Below, one piece after another: positions 9,159-18,255 of a stretch of DNA of 32,000 bases. A program made the translations under genes and the position numbers. The stretch's first letter is position 1. Every line of letters begins with the position of its first letter. The stretch lies in the NCBI GenBank assembly GCA_021650915.1, contig CP091279.1:2550001-2582000 (forward strand). Direction: 5' to 3'. The notes below the pieces were generated by a model. That model searched no databases. It was not told the origin of the DNA and was given only the letters and a program-made list of their open reading frames with translations. The stretch comes from Candidatus Brocadia sp. (GTDB lineage Bacteria; Planctomycetota; Brocadiia; Brocadiales; Brocadiaceae).

Positions 9159-11489
9159 ATGAAAAAAAGCATACTTATTATTTTGGTTGCAGTTTGCTTT
9201 GTGGTGGCAGTTGGAGCATTTGTATACATTTATACAAGACGGGCAACCTCTGATGAAGCGATAAAGAATCGCCTGGCAGGTATGTTGAAAGACTTCGGAG
9301 ATGCTGAAATTGATTCTGTGCATTTCGATTTTTTAGAAGGAATTACCGTTGAAAACTTCTCTTTTGTCGGCACCTCTGAAGACGCACGAGGCAAAACGAT
9401 TAAAATTCCTCGTATCATATTAAAACATGACCCACAAAGCCTTATAAAAGGCCGATTTGTCATTAATAACGTCATTATTATTGCACCAGAGTTAACAGTT
9501 GAAAAGCCAACTGATATCTGGTCACTTCTGGATGCCATTAAGGTTAATTTTGACACGGCAGAGACACCTCCCTATATGGATGTTTTGCAACAGGGTATCG
9601 AAATCAGAGATTTAAAGATACATATCAAAGAAAACCCCCAAACGTCCAGTCAGGAAATTAAATTGTCGGGGATAGATATGACGTTTCTCCCATACGCTGG
9701 TTCTTTCAAAGACATTATCGTGAAAGGAAGCATTGATGATGACTTTTTAGGGAATTATTCATTCGAGATGAAGCTTTTCCCTAATGACCCTCGTCTCGAT
9801 ATTGAGGCCTCTGCAAATAATGTCATGATGAATGAGGAGTTTTGCAATAGATTCCCGTATATTGGCAAGATGTTGTGGGAAGATTACCGGCCTGTGGGAA
9901 GAGTCAATGCCACCTGTAATATCTGTTTTGATAACAGGAATCAACAGAAAAAGATGGATTATGTCATCAATGTTAATTTGAATGGCTTACAGGCTATGCA
10001 TAAATATTTGCCAGTACCGATTTATGACCTGAATGGCGAGATAGCGTTGAACTCAAAGAAGATTTATCTGAAGAGTCTTGCAGCGTATATCAAGAATGGT
10101 GAATCTACTTCTCATGCCGAGTTGAATGGAGTATTTGACCTTTACGGGTCAGAAAAGACCTTTATTGCAAAAGTTACCAATCTCTTTCTCAACCAGGAAC
10201 TTTTAAAAAAGGCGACTGATATCGACGAACAAATGTGTTCAAAGATACAGCCGTCTGGTCTGGTAGACTTGACCTTTCAGTATAATGAAGGAGAAAACCA
10301 GAAACAGGATTATTATCTGAGGGTAAATAGCAAAGGCATGGAGATAAGGCTCGCAGATTTTCCCCTGCCTATCTCATCGGTAACTGGCGAGTTCAATCTC
10401 GTCAATAATATGATGGTATTCAAAAATGCCAGTGGTTTTATAGAATGCGGAGATCAGCTTGTTTTTACTGAAATGAACGGGGTGTATGATATGAAGCGGG
10501 GTCGAAAAATCTTTCATTTCCTTGCTCCCAATGTATCAATAACAGAGTCTTTTTTAAAAAACCTGCCCAATACGGCGGTTGGAGAAAAGATTTGGACTCA
10601 CCTGCAGCCAGCGGGTAAGGTCGGAATCAGCGGCACATTCCAGGGCTTTCTCGAACAAAAGGATTTCAATTACACCGTGGATGTCGAACTCAAGGGTTGT
10701 GAACTTCTTACAGGCATCCATAAGATCCCTTTCTGGGGAGTGGAAGGAAGGCTGGAGTTCACCAAAGAGGGTCTCCTTGGCAAACGTATCAGTGCCAGAT
10801 GTTGTGGCGGACAGGTAGAAGGAAACCTCGTTTTCAAGACAGATACCAATACAAATCAATATGAAGGCGTAATGAATTTTTCAAGGATTGCGCTTGAAGA
10901 CCTGGCCAATAAGATCGGAGAGAAGAAAAATACCTTATCGGGTTTACTGCATGGAAATGTTGCATTCCATGGAAGTGGCACAGACCCCAAAGGTTTTTCC
11001 GCTGAGGGAAAGGTTAACGTAAATGAAGGATATCTTTCTGAGGTTCCTATCATCCTGAATATTTTTAACGTCCTTAACCTCAGTTTGCCAAAAAAAGAAA
11101 GTTTTCATAGCGCAAAGATAAAATTTGGCGTCAAAGAGGGTGTAATCCATGTCTCTGAAGGGATGGTTTCTAGCGATACCGTCGAATTGGACGGGCGTGG
11201 GAATATCGATTTTGATGGAAAAATTCGCTTCACTGTTGCAGCCGGATTCAACAAGGGTTTTTTTTCTCAGCTTCCCATTGTAGGAAAATTTTTTGATCTG
11301 GTTGTCGGCGGCGTACGAAAGCAATTGACTATGGTGGAAATTAAAGGAACACTTTTAAATCCAACAACCCATTTGGCACCTTTCAAACCGCTTACCCAAT
11401 CCATTGAAAGCATGTTTGATATCTTGCCGAAACATGGGTTAAACACGACTTCTGACAGTGAAAAGAAAGCGAAGGAAAAAGAACTATAG
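9159..11489 (+). CDS. large N-terminally anchored envelope protein, AsmA/TamB-like
   Basis: 776-aa ORF. Single N-terminal TM helix (ILIILVAVCFVVAVGAFVYIY), then a long beta-rich soluble region. The C-terminal segment (VELDGRGNIDFDGKIRFTVAAG...MVEIKGTLLNPT) resembles the AsmA-like C-terminal region. The CDS call is solid; the family call is tentative. Confidence 0.55.
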   Translation: MKKSILIILVAVCFVVAVGAFVYIYTRRATSDEAIKNRLAGMLKDFGDAEIDSVHFDFLEGITVENFSFVGTSEDARGKTIKIPRIILKHDPQSLIKGRFVINNVIIIAPELTVEKPTDIWSLLDAIKVNFDTAETPPYMDVLQQGIEIRDLKIHIKENPQTSSQEIKLSGIDMTFLPYAGSFKDIIVKGSIDDDFLGNYSFEMKLFPNDPRLDIEASANNVMMNEEFCNRFPYIGKMLWEDYRPVGRVNATCNICFDNRNQQKKMDYVINVNLNGLQAMHKYLPVPIYDLNGEIALNSKKIYLKSLAAYIKNGESTSHAELNGVFDLYGSEKTFIAKVTNLFLNQELLKKATDIDEQMCSKIQPSGLVDLTFQYNEGENQKQDYYLRVNSKGMEIRLADFPLPISSVTGEFNLVNNMMVFKNASGFIECGDQLVFTEMNGVYDMKRGRKIFHFLAPNVSITESFLKNLPNTAVGEKIWTHLQPAGKVGISGTFQGFLEQKDFNYTVDVELKGCELLTGIHKIPFWGVEGRLEFTKEGLLGKRISARCCGGQVEGNLVFKTDTNTNQYEGVMNFSRIALEDLANKIGEKKNTLSGLLHGNVAFHGSGTDPKGFSAEGKVNVNEGYLSEVPIILNIFNVLNLSLPKKESFHSAKIKFGVKEGVIHVSEGMVSSDTVELDGRGNIDFDGKIRFTVAAGFNKGFFSQLPIVGKFFDLVVGGVRKQLTMVEIKGTLLNPTTHLAPFKPLTQSIESMFDILPKHGLNTTSDSEKKAKEKEL

Positions 11490-11495
11490 GCAACT

Positions 11496-12325
11496 ATGTC
11501 AGAACATTTTTTCACCGAATGCCATGGCTATAGTCGGAGCTTCCTGTGAGGCAGGAAAGGTAGGACACGATCCATTCAAGAATTTGATTACCTGCGGATA
11601 CGGAGGGAAAGTCTATCCCGTAAATCCCAAAGCAGACAATATCCTGGGAATTAAGGCGTACCAAAACCTCAGAGAAATGAATGACAACGTGGATCTTGCA
11701 GTGCTCGTTGTTCTTGCTGCCCAGGCCATTGCGATCGTGGATGAATGCCATACGCAACGGATCGATTCGCTCATCGTTATCAGCGCAGGGTTTAAGGAGA
11801 GCGGTACCGAGGGAGCCGCGAGAGAGCGGGAATTACACCGGAAGGTCAAACAGTATGCAATGCGCATGATCGGACAGAACTACCTCAGTTTAATCGATAC
11901 GAAATCATCCCTCAACGTCTCTTTTGCCGCTAACATGCCTGCTCCAGGTAATATTGCGTTCATTTCCCAATCTGGCGCACTGTGTACATCCGTGTTGGAC
12001 TGAGCGGTGCATGACGGCAGAGGTGATAGGCGAAATTTCAAATCATACCGAAAAACCAGTTGTAACCTCCTTCATGGGGGGCAAAAGGATCGAGGCAAGC
12101 TTAAAGGTCATGTGCCAGAGAAAAGTCCCGAATTACTCTTTTCCTGAAAAGGCAATATCAGCAGTTGAGGCGATGCACAAATACACCCTGTGGCGGAAAA
12201 AACCAATTCCTGAAATAAAGAGAATACCGGTTCAAAGAGAAGAGGTCGTGTCGGTCTTTAAAAAAGTCAGGCCGGCCCAACGCCAATCTCTTGGCGAAGA
12301 TGAGGCAAAGCAGGTCATTGACTGA
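11496..12325 (+). pseudogene. decayed ADP-forming acetyl-CoA synthetase (CoA-binding / succinyl-CoA-ligase-like alpha part only)
   Basis: The remnant is spread over three reading frames. The ATG at 11496 (MSEHFF) is out of frame with the CoA-binding domain (SPNAMAIVGAS..GKVYPVNPK..ISQSGALCTSVLD) across a T6 run at 11507-11512. A stop at 12003 is followed by a frameshifted piece (AEVIGE..KPVVTSFMGG..YSFPEKAISAVEAM..LGEDEAKQVI), with much of the central region missing. The ATP-grasp half is absent, and the gene ends at 12325, two bases before the duplicated TA segment begins at 12327. Confidence 0.7.
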
Positions 12326-12326
12326 G

Positions 12327-12795
12327 CTTGCCCGTAAGGCGCTAATCTCCGGACGGGGAAGGAGAGATGGTGTTTTGGGATGCATCTGCCATTGTCCCTC
12401 GGTGCATTGATGGATCGCAGATTAAAGTCGTTAAAGGCATCCTAAAAAAGGACAGTTCCATGACGGCGGGGTGGGGAAGCGTTGTTGAATATCATTCAGC
12501 CTTTGCCCGTCTTCGCCGTGACAATGTTTTGAAGCATTCTGAGGAAGATCAGACCAAACATTTCCTGGCAATACTGACAAGCACATGGGGTGAGATTGGA
12601 CCCCGTGGTAATATCCGGAATTAGAGCGTCCCGTCTCTTGTGACCCATCCATTGCACGCTGCAGATTCTCTTCAACTGACAGATGCCCTTGTCTGGGCCA
12701 ACAACACTCCTAAGGGCAACCATTTTAAATCTGACAGGGATTGTTTTACCATATTGGACATCCACGAAGAACTCCTGCCAATGATAAATATGTAA
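12327..12795 (+). pseudogene. degenerate duplicate of the phd 3' end plus vapC (PIN toxin) with an in-frame nonsense codon
   Basis: 12327-12730 aligns by eye, base for base, with 13410-13810 (GCTTGCCC.TAAGGCG.TAATCTC...ATG.TGTTTTGGGATGC...). The frame is kept, but TAG at 12622-12624 interrupts it (GNIRN*SVPSLVTHPLHAADSLQL). The 3' tail diverges after PKGN. Confidence 0.8.
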
Positions 12796-12818
12796 TTGAG
12801 AAACATTATCTGAGATGA

Positions 12819-12956
12819 GCCGATAGCATTCATTTATCTTCAGCGTTATGGCTGAAAGATACCATAAATGAAGAAATTGCTTTTGTGGCCTCCGATATAA
12901 ACCTACTGAACGCTGCCAGTTCTGAAGGTCTGGGTATTATAAATCCTGTGGTTTAG
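12819..12956 (+). pseudogene. 3' fragment of another PIN-domain (VapC-like) toxin gene
   Basis: The open frame reads ADSIHLSSALWLKDTINEEIAFVASDINLLNAASSEGLGIINPVV*. This is the typical C-terminal third of a VapC (D-x-x-H-L-A-x-A ... F-V-T/S-x-D ... L-x-x-A-A ... G). It has no N-terminal half and no start codon. Confidence 0.6.
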
Positions 12957-13085
12957 AAGTAATTCTTAAACTGACAACAGATGACTATAAAAGTATCCGC
13001 CTCATTGTCTAGCTTTACTGTAACCGCCACATCTAAAAATTCCCTCGCCGACTGGACGGTAAATTTTGAAATCTTCAATGCATAG

Positions 13086-13120
13086 TTGACATAGCCAATA
13101 AAACTGACTATATTAGTCAA
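13086..13120 (+). promoter_or_regulatory. sigma70-type promoter with overlapping palindromic operator for the phd-vapC operon
   Basis: TTGACA (13086-13091), a 17-nt spacer, then TATATT (13109-13114). A perfect palindrome TGACTA-TAT-TAGTCA at about 13105-13119 overlaps the -10 box, as expected for antitoxin autoregulation. It sits about 40 nt upstream of the ATG at 13156. Confidence 0.6.
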
Positions 13121-13155
13121 GTAATATAGTTCTAAGAGTACCGGAGGATAATACC

Positions 13156-13449
13156 ATGAAAACAGCCGCTATTTCAGAATTAAAGGCATCTATAAGTGAA
13201 TACCTCTCCAAAGTAAGGGCTGGAGAGGAAGTGCTTGTTACCGACAGAGGAAAACCGATTGCCAAGCTGATACCTCTTGATAGGGATGAAACAGATGTAC
13301 CGGCGCATTTGCTTATGCTTGAAAAAGCCGGATTAGTTCGTATTGGCAGGGGCAAGATAAAAGCCAGCTTTTGGGATTTGGCAAGACCGAAGGATGAAAA
13401 GGGGCTTGCCCTTAAGGCGTTAATCTCTGAACGGGGGGAGGAAAGATGA
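13156..13449 (+). CDS. type II antitoxin, Phd/YefM family
   Basis: 97-aa ORF. N-terminus MKTAAISELKASISEYLSKVRAGEEVLVTDRGKPIAKLIPL is the canonical Phd/YefM fold signature. SD GGAGG lies upstream. There is a 4-nt ATGA overlap with the downstream toxin. Confidence 0.88.
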   Translation: MKTAAISELKASISEYLSKVRAGEEVLVTDRGKPIAKLIPLDRDETDVPAHLLMLEKAGLVRIGRGKIKASFWDLARPKDEKGLALKALISERGEER

Positions 13450-13883
13450 TGTTTTGGGATGCCTCTGCCATTATCCCTCTTTGCATTGATGGATTGCAGA
13501 CTAAAGTCGTCAAAGGTATCTTAAAAAAGGATAGCTCCATGGCGGTCTGGTGGGGAAGCGTTGTTGAATGTCATTCAGCCTTTGCCCGTCTTCGCCGTGA
13601 CAATGCTTTGAAGCATCCGGAGGAAGATCGGGTGAGGGATATCCTGGCAATACTGGCAAATGCATGGACTGAGGTTGAACCCAGCGGCGATATCAGGGAT
13701 ATAGCTTCACGTCTTCTTTTGACTCATCCCTTGCGCGCAGCAGATTCTCTTCAGTTGGCTGCAGCCCTTGTCTGGGCTAACAAAATTCCTAAGGGGAATT
13801 ATCTTGTGTGCCTGGACCACAGATTACGAGATGCAGCCAGAAAAGAGGGGTTCATATTAATGCCTTCCGCATTCCCCGAATAA
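13446..13883 (+). CDS. vapC: type II toxin, PIN-domain ribonuclease VapC
   Basis: 145-aa ORF translationally coupled to the antitoxin. Conserved acidic residues sit in FWDASAIIPL, EVEPSGD, AADSLQLAAAL and VCLDHRLRDAA contexts typical of PIN domains. Confidence 0.88.
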   Translation: MMFWDASAIIPLCIDGLQTKVVKGILKKDSSMAVWWGSVVECHSAFARLRRDNALKHPEEDRVRDILAILANAWTEVEPSGDIRDIASRLLLTHPLRAADSLQLAAALVWANKIPKGNYLVCLDHRLRDAARKEGFILMPSAFPE

Positions 13884-13917
13884 TATGCGGTTATCAAAAG
13901 AAAGCGGAGATGAAATT

Positions 13918-14137
13918 ATGGCAGCCATGGAAAATAAATTGATAGAAAATATCCAGTTTTTATCGGATATTGAGAAGTTTGAACTCGTTGACTCAATTCT
14001 TATGCAACAGGACAAACCAACCCCTCGGATATTGATCGTATAGGGGCGAAAGAGGCACGAAAACGCTGGCAGACATACAAATCAGGTAAATGAGAAACAA
14101 TATCTTATGAGCAGGTAATGGAAAAGTATTGCTCCTG
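13918..14137 (+). pseudogene. decayed addiction-module antitoxin (TIGR02574-like 'putative addiction module component')
   Basis: MAAMENKLIENIQFLSDIEKFELVDSILMQQDKP ends at a premature stop. The expected continuation (PSDIDRIGAKEARKRWQTYKSGK*ETISYEQVMEKYCS*) is in another frame and carries an internal TGA. That gives at least two lesions. Confidence 0.6.
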
Positions 14138-14263
14138 ATGAAAATCCGCTTTCTAAAACCTGCCCAATTTGAGATTGAAAATACTGTTGCATGGTACGAT
14201 TCTCGCTCTGTCAGGCTTGGATCTCAGTTTCTGGGCAATCCGGATCGGATGGTTGCTTCATGA
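14138..14263 (+). pseudogene. truncated RelE/ParE-family toxin
   Basis: This 41-codon ORF overlaps the antitoxin remnant stop (TGATGA). MKIRFLKPAQFEIENTVAWYDSRSVRLGSQFL matches the N-terminal third of ParE/RelE toxins, then the ORF terminates early. Confidence 0.6.
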
Positions 14264-14398
14264 GTAATGAATTGGACATAGAGGATTGAGGTTGTTACAA
14301 TATTGCATAGAATAAGTATCATCAAAAGGCAGAAATAGTGAAGACCTATTCCTAGGAGTATTTTACACGAAAAAAGCTTGTCCTTTTAAAGCATGTAA

Positions 14399-16828
14399 AT
14401 GAAGATTCGACATAAACTTGTGATCCTTTTGGCCGTATTGCTGGTTATCTTGGACAGCGTGCTCGTATTTTTTGTCTACAACCGCACCCGCCGGGAATTT
14501 ATTAAAGAAGTCCGTGAAAAGGCAAAATTAATTGCCATGGAGCTAGAAACCACCAGGAATTATCTTGCATCTGCCTTGCAAGTTTCCAAAATTGGTATCA
14601 CGGAACAGACAAAGTTTTTTATTCCTGCCGTTTCCGGTCATGCTATCGGGGTAAAATTTGCTGAAGAGACGGGTTATATTATCAAGCAAACCAGCAGAAA
14701 ATATAGAAATTTGTTTAATAAGCCAGATCTCTTCGAAGAGGATGTATTGCGAAAGATGGAGGAAGACCCCGGGCTCTTTGAATATTGGTCTGACGACGTT
14801 GTTAATGGGAAAAGAGTTGAGCGGTACCTGTACGCTTTATATGTAAAAGAGGATTGTCTGCTGTGCCACGGCTCTAAGGAGAAGGCGCCGGAACTCATTC
14901 AAAAGAATTATGATGTCGGCTACGATTATAAGATCGGAGAATTACGGGGGGCCATTAGCGTTGTCATCCCAAATGAAATTGCCGAACGAAAATTTGCAGC
15001 AAACGTTATCTTCTTTACCACCGCCAGTTCTGTCAGCATTGTGATGATCATTATTATCATTTTTCTCACCACGAGAAAGTTTATGCGGCCGATTGAGCGG
15101 TTAACAGCAGCAGTGGCCGCTATTACCAAGACGGGTGATCTGACAACGAAGGTGGATGTCTTGTCCAAAGATGAGGTGGGGCAGCTTGGCAGGGCATTTA
15201 ATGATATGTCTGTCAAATTGCAATCTACGTATGCGACCCTGGAACAACGCATTGCCGAGAAGACTACTCATCTGCAACAGGCAATTTTAGCCTTAGAACG
15301 GGCGAACAGGATGAAATCTGAATTTCTGGCTAATATGTCCCACGAACTCCGCACACCGCTCAACGCAATCATCGGCTTCGCAGAGGTGTTACGGGACAAA
15401 ATCGCCGGCGACCTGAATGAAGAGCAGGCGGACTTCGTGAACGATATCCACAGCAGCGGTTCTCATCTCCTCCAGATGATTAACGACATCCTGGATTTGT
15501 CTAAGATTGAGGCAGGCAAAATGGAACTTCAATACGGAGTTTTTCCTGTCTCAGAGGCCATTGAGGAAGTATATACCATAATAAAAGGCCTTGCCAGCAA
15601 AAAACATCTGGAATTAAAGACCGTCATACTGACAGATGTGAAAAGCATCGAGGCAGATCGCGTTAAATTTAAACAAGTCTTATATAATCTGCTGTCGAAC
15701 GCCATAAAATTTACCCCGGAAAACGGAAAAATTGTTTTAGAAGCCGGCGTTATGGAGGAGATGCTGCAGCTATCGGTATCTGACACGGGCATTGGGATGA
15801 AGTCGGAGGATCAGCAAAAAGTATTTAAGGAATTCTGGCAGGCAGACAGCTCTTTTGCGAGAAAATATGAAGGTACAGGGCTAGGGCTCGCCCTGACGAA
15901 GAGAATTATTGAGATGCACGGGGGGAAAATCTGGTTTGAAAGTGAATACGGGAAAGGAAGCGTCTTTTATTTTACATTACCCATCAAAGCCTCGGCAAAA
16001 AAACCCGAACCGAAAGAGGCCAAGACTAAACCGCGCCCGACAATACCCGTGGGAGAAAAGGATGCAAAGACCGTTCTGGTTGTGGAAGATGATCGCATGG
16101 CCGCCGACCTTCTTACCCTGTATTTGACAAATGGAGGATATCGCGTTATTATCGCGACAGACGGGGAAGAGGCTATCAAAAAGGCAAAGGAATATCAGCC
16201 ATTTTTGATTACATTGGATATTATGCTGCCCAAAAAAGACGGATGGGATGTTCTTTCTGAACTCAAAAATTCCCAAGACATTGCCAATATACCCGTCATT
16301 ATTATATCAATGGTGGATAACAAAGATCTCGGCTTTAGCCTTGGCGCAGTGGAATATTTAATGAAGCCCATCGACCGGTTAAAACTGATTGAGACGGTAA
16401 ACAGCTGTATCCCTGCTAAGAAGGACAAAGGCAAACCAATGAAAATATTGGTTGTCGATGATGACGAAAAGGCCGTTAAGTACATGAGCTCCGTTCTTGA
16501 AAGCGCAGGTTTTGATGTACTAAGGGCGTACAGTGGTGAAGCGGGGATCAATCTGGCTATAAACAGTAGTCCTGATCTTATGATACTAGACCTTATGATG
16601 CCGGAAGTCAGCGGCTTTGATGTTGTTGAAAAGCTGAGGGTACATCCTACAGCGAAGGGAATTCCTATTATTATCTGCTCTGCAAAGGACATTACCCCGG
16701 AAGACAAAAAGATATTAAACGGCCATATTTTGGCCATTGTCCAGAAGAGCAGCCACACAAAAGAAGACCTTCTTGCTATGATTAGAAAGACAGAACAGTT
16801 ACAGGTGAAAAAGGCCGATACGCAATAA
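14399..16828 (+). CDS. hybrid sensor histidine kinase: periplasmic c-type-heme (DUF3365/Tll0287-like) sensor, HAMP, HisKA, HATPase_c and two receiver domains
   Basis: 809-aa ORF. TM1 (LVILLAVLLVILDSVLVFFVY). Periplasmic domain with a CXXCH motif (CLLCH, nt 14855-14869). TM2 (VIFFTTASSVSIVMIIIIIFL). HAMP (RPIERLTAAV...FNDMS). H-box SHELRTPLNAI. N, G1 and G2 boxes (NAIKFT, DTGIGM, GTGLGL). Two REC domains (VLVVEDD...LDIMLPKKDG and ILVVDDD...LDLMMPEVSG). Confidence 0.88.
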   Translation: MKIRHKLVILLAVLLVILDSVLVFFVYNRTRREFIKEVREKAKLIAMELETTRNYLASALQVSKIGITEQTKFFIPAVSGHAIGVKFAEETGYIIKQTSRKYRNLFNKPDLFEEDVLRKMEEDPGLFEYWSDDVVNGKRVERYLYALYVKEDCLLCHGSKEKAPELIQKNYDVGYDYKIGELRGAISVVIPNEIAERKFAANVIFFTTASSVSIVMIIIIIFLTTRKFMRPIERLTAAVAAITKTGDLTTKVDVLSKDEVGQLGRAFNDMSVKLQSTYATLEQRIAEKTTHLQQAILALERANRMKSEFLANMSHELRTPLNAIIGFAEVLRDKIAGDLNEEQADFVNDIHSSGSHLLQMINDILDLSKIEAGKMELQYGVFPVSEAIEEVYTIIKGLASKKHLELKTVILTDVKSIEADRVKFKQVLYNLLSNAIKFTPENGKIVLEAGVMEEMLQLSVSDTGIGMKSEDQQKVFKEFWQADSSFARKYEGTGLGLALTKRIIEMHGGKIWFESEYGKGSVFYFTLPIKASAKKPEPKEAKTKPRPTIPVGEKDAKTVLVVEDDRMAADLLTLYLTNGGYRVIIATDGEEAIKKAKEYQPFLITLDIMLPKKDGWDVLSELKNSQDIANIPVIIISMVDNKDLGFSLGAVEYLMKPIDRLKLIETVNSCIPAKKDKGKPMKILVVDDDEKAVKYMSSVLESAGFDVLRAYSGEAGINLAINSSPDLMILDLMMPEVSGFDVVEKLRVHPTAKGIPIIICSAKDITPEDKKILNGHILAIVQKSSHTKEDLLAMIRKTEQLQVKKADTQ

Positions 16829-16956
16829 ATCACTAGCGGTGTTGCAGGCAAAAAGGCAGCATCTCATAAATAAACCGGTTGTGAGAATGCAACACATTCT
16901 CCAAAGGTAAAATCCGAGCTTCAAAACCCCAACCTATTTTGATGAAGGAAAAAAGT

Positions 16957-17331
16957 ATGCCGGACAAAAATGTAATGGTAGTTGAAGATAATGAGAAAAA
17001 CAGAAAACTCATGCGCGTTGTGCTTAAGTCAAAGGGGTATAATGTGATTGAGGCAACTACCGGAGAGGAGGCATTAAACCTATTAAAGAACCAAAAACCC
17101 AATATTATCATGATGGACATCCAACTCCCCGGCATAGATGGTCTTACCCTGATAAAGCAGATCAAGGCAGATGCCATGACAAAAGAAATTCCCATCATCG
17201 CAGTTACTGCTTATGCCATGAAGGGAGATGAACAAAAGATACTGGATACGGGCTGTGAAGCATACATGAGCAAGCCAATTAATACCCAGGAATTACCGAT
17301 TATTATTGAAAAATATATAAAAAAAGAGTGA
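16957..17331 (+). CDS. single-domain CheY-like response regulator
   Basis: The ORF is open from 16939. ATG at 16957 is preferred because GAAGGA lies 7 nt upstream. VMVVEDNEKN...MDIQLPGIDG...AVTAYAMKGD...SKPI gives the full receiver signature (DD, D, T, K). Confidence 0.85.
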   Translation: MPDKNVMVVEDNEKNRKLMRVVLKSKGYNVIEATTGEEALNLLKNQKPNIIMMDIQLPGIDGLTLIKQIKADAMTKEIPIIAVTAYAMKGDEQKILDTGCEAYMSKPINTQELPIIIEKYIKKE

Positions 17332-17393
17332 TCATTTACCGCACGGGCTGCACGAACGCACGGAAGGGCAAAAGCGAAAAAAACGGGGAAAAT

Positions 17394-18128
17394 ATGAGTA
17401 AACCGAAAATATTAATAGCGGATGATATCAAACAAAACGTAAAACTCCTTCGAGTAATTCTGGCAGCCTCTGAATACGATGTCGTTGAGGCGTATGATGG
17501 TGAGGAAGCATTAGCGAAAGCAAAGGGCGAGCATCCTGATCTGATTTTATTGGATGTCATGATGCCAAAGATGACAGGCTATGAGGTATGCCAGAAACTG
17601 CGTGCAGATGAGATAACTAAGAATATCCCGATTGTCATGATCACCGCCTTGCATGAAATGGACGACCGGATCAAGGGGATTGAAGCGGGAGCTGATGACT
17701 TTATTAGCAAGCCTTTTAATAAGGCAGAGCTGCTTGCCAGAATAAAATCACTATTACGCATGCGGCCGGGAAAAGAGAAGCCGGGGGAAAAAGACGAAAC
17801 GGCTGTTTTGGAATCAATCTTGTCCAACCTGAAAGAAGGTATCATCGTAACCGACGGGCAATGGAAGATCAGGAATATAAATCAAACGGCATATGAGCTT
17901 TTGCATATTCAGGAAACGGACATTAAAAATGCAGATATCTTGCCACACTTATCGCGTATGAAGTTGTCTTTACCGATGGAAGTAATTACCAATACCCAGG
18001 AGAAAACTACTGATTTCCAGATTGCCGATTCAAATGCGGAAGGTCCGGTAAATGTAAATGCAAGAATGACGAAGATATTTGATGCACAGGGCAATGTAGC
18101 CGGAATTACGTTTAACCTGAGAAAATAA
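17394..18128 (+). CDS. response regulator with C-terminal PAS-like domain
   Basis: The ORF is open from 17328. ATG at 17394 (MSKPKILIADD) is preferred, with a purine-rich GGGGAAAA stretch just upstream. Receiver domain: ILIADD...LDVMMPKMTG...MITAL...SKPF. The C-terminal roughly 105 aa (LESILSNLKEGIIVTDGQWKIRNINQTAYELL...) looks like a PAS fold. No DNA-binding or enzymatic output domain is present. Confidence 0.8.
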   Translation: MSKPKILIADDIKQNVKLLRVILAASEYDVVEAYDGEEALAKAKGEHPDLILLDVMMPKMTGYEVCQKLRADEITKNIPIVMITALHEMDDRIKGIEAGADDFISKPFNKAELLARIKSLLRMRPGKEKPGEKDETAVLESILSNLKEGIIVTDGQWKIRNINQTAYELLHIQETDIKNADILPHLSRMKLSLPMEVITNTQEKTTDFQIADSNAEGPVNVNARMTKIFDAQGNVAGITFNLRK

Positions 18129-18255
18129 TTATTGGCCAGGATTCCTATGATAACCAAACGGGTTGCTATGAACAATCCTCTGATGAGAGGACGGACGGAA
18201 GAATGACAAATTCGTTTCAGATCCCGTGAAAACATCAGACAGCGGTCTGCCACGC

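Noticed and set aside
11458-11495. Upstream extension of the acetyl-CoA-synthetase-like ORF (MKRKRRKKNYRQL...) overlapping the end of the AsmA-like gene
   Set aside because: The extension is lysine/arginine-rich read-through of the neighbouring gene's 3' end. The family's normal N-terminus corresponds to ATG 11496, in another frame.
16195-16851. 218-aa ORF on the - strand inside the hybrid kinase gene; similar antisense ORFs lie at 14926-15252, 15977-16276 and 16833-17198
   Set aside because: These are antisense shadows of strongly supported receiver and kinase domains, with Ser/Ile/Phe-rich nonsense composition.
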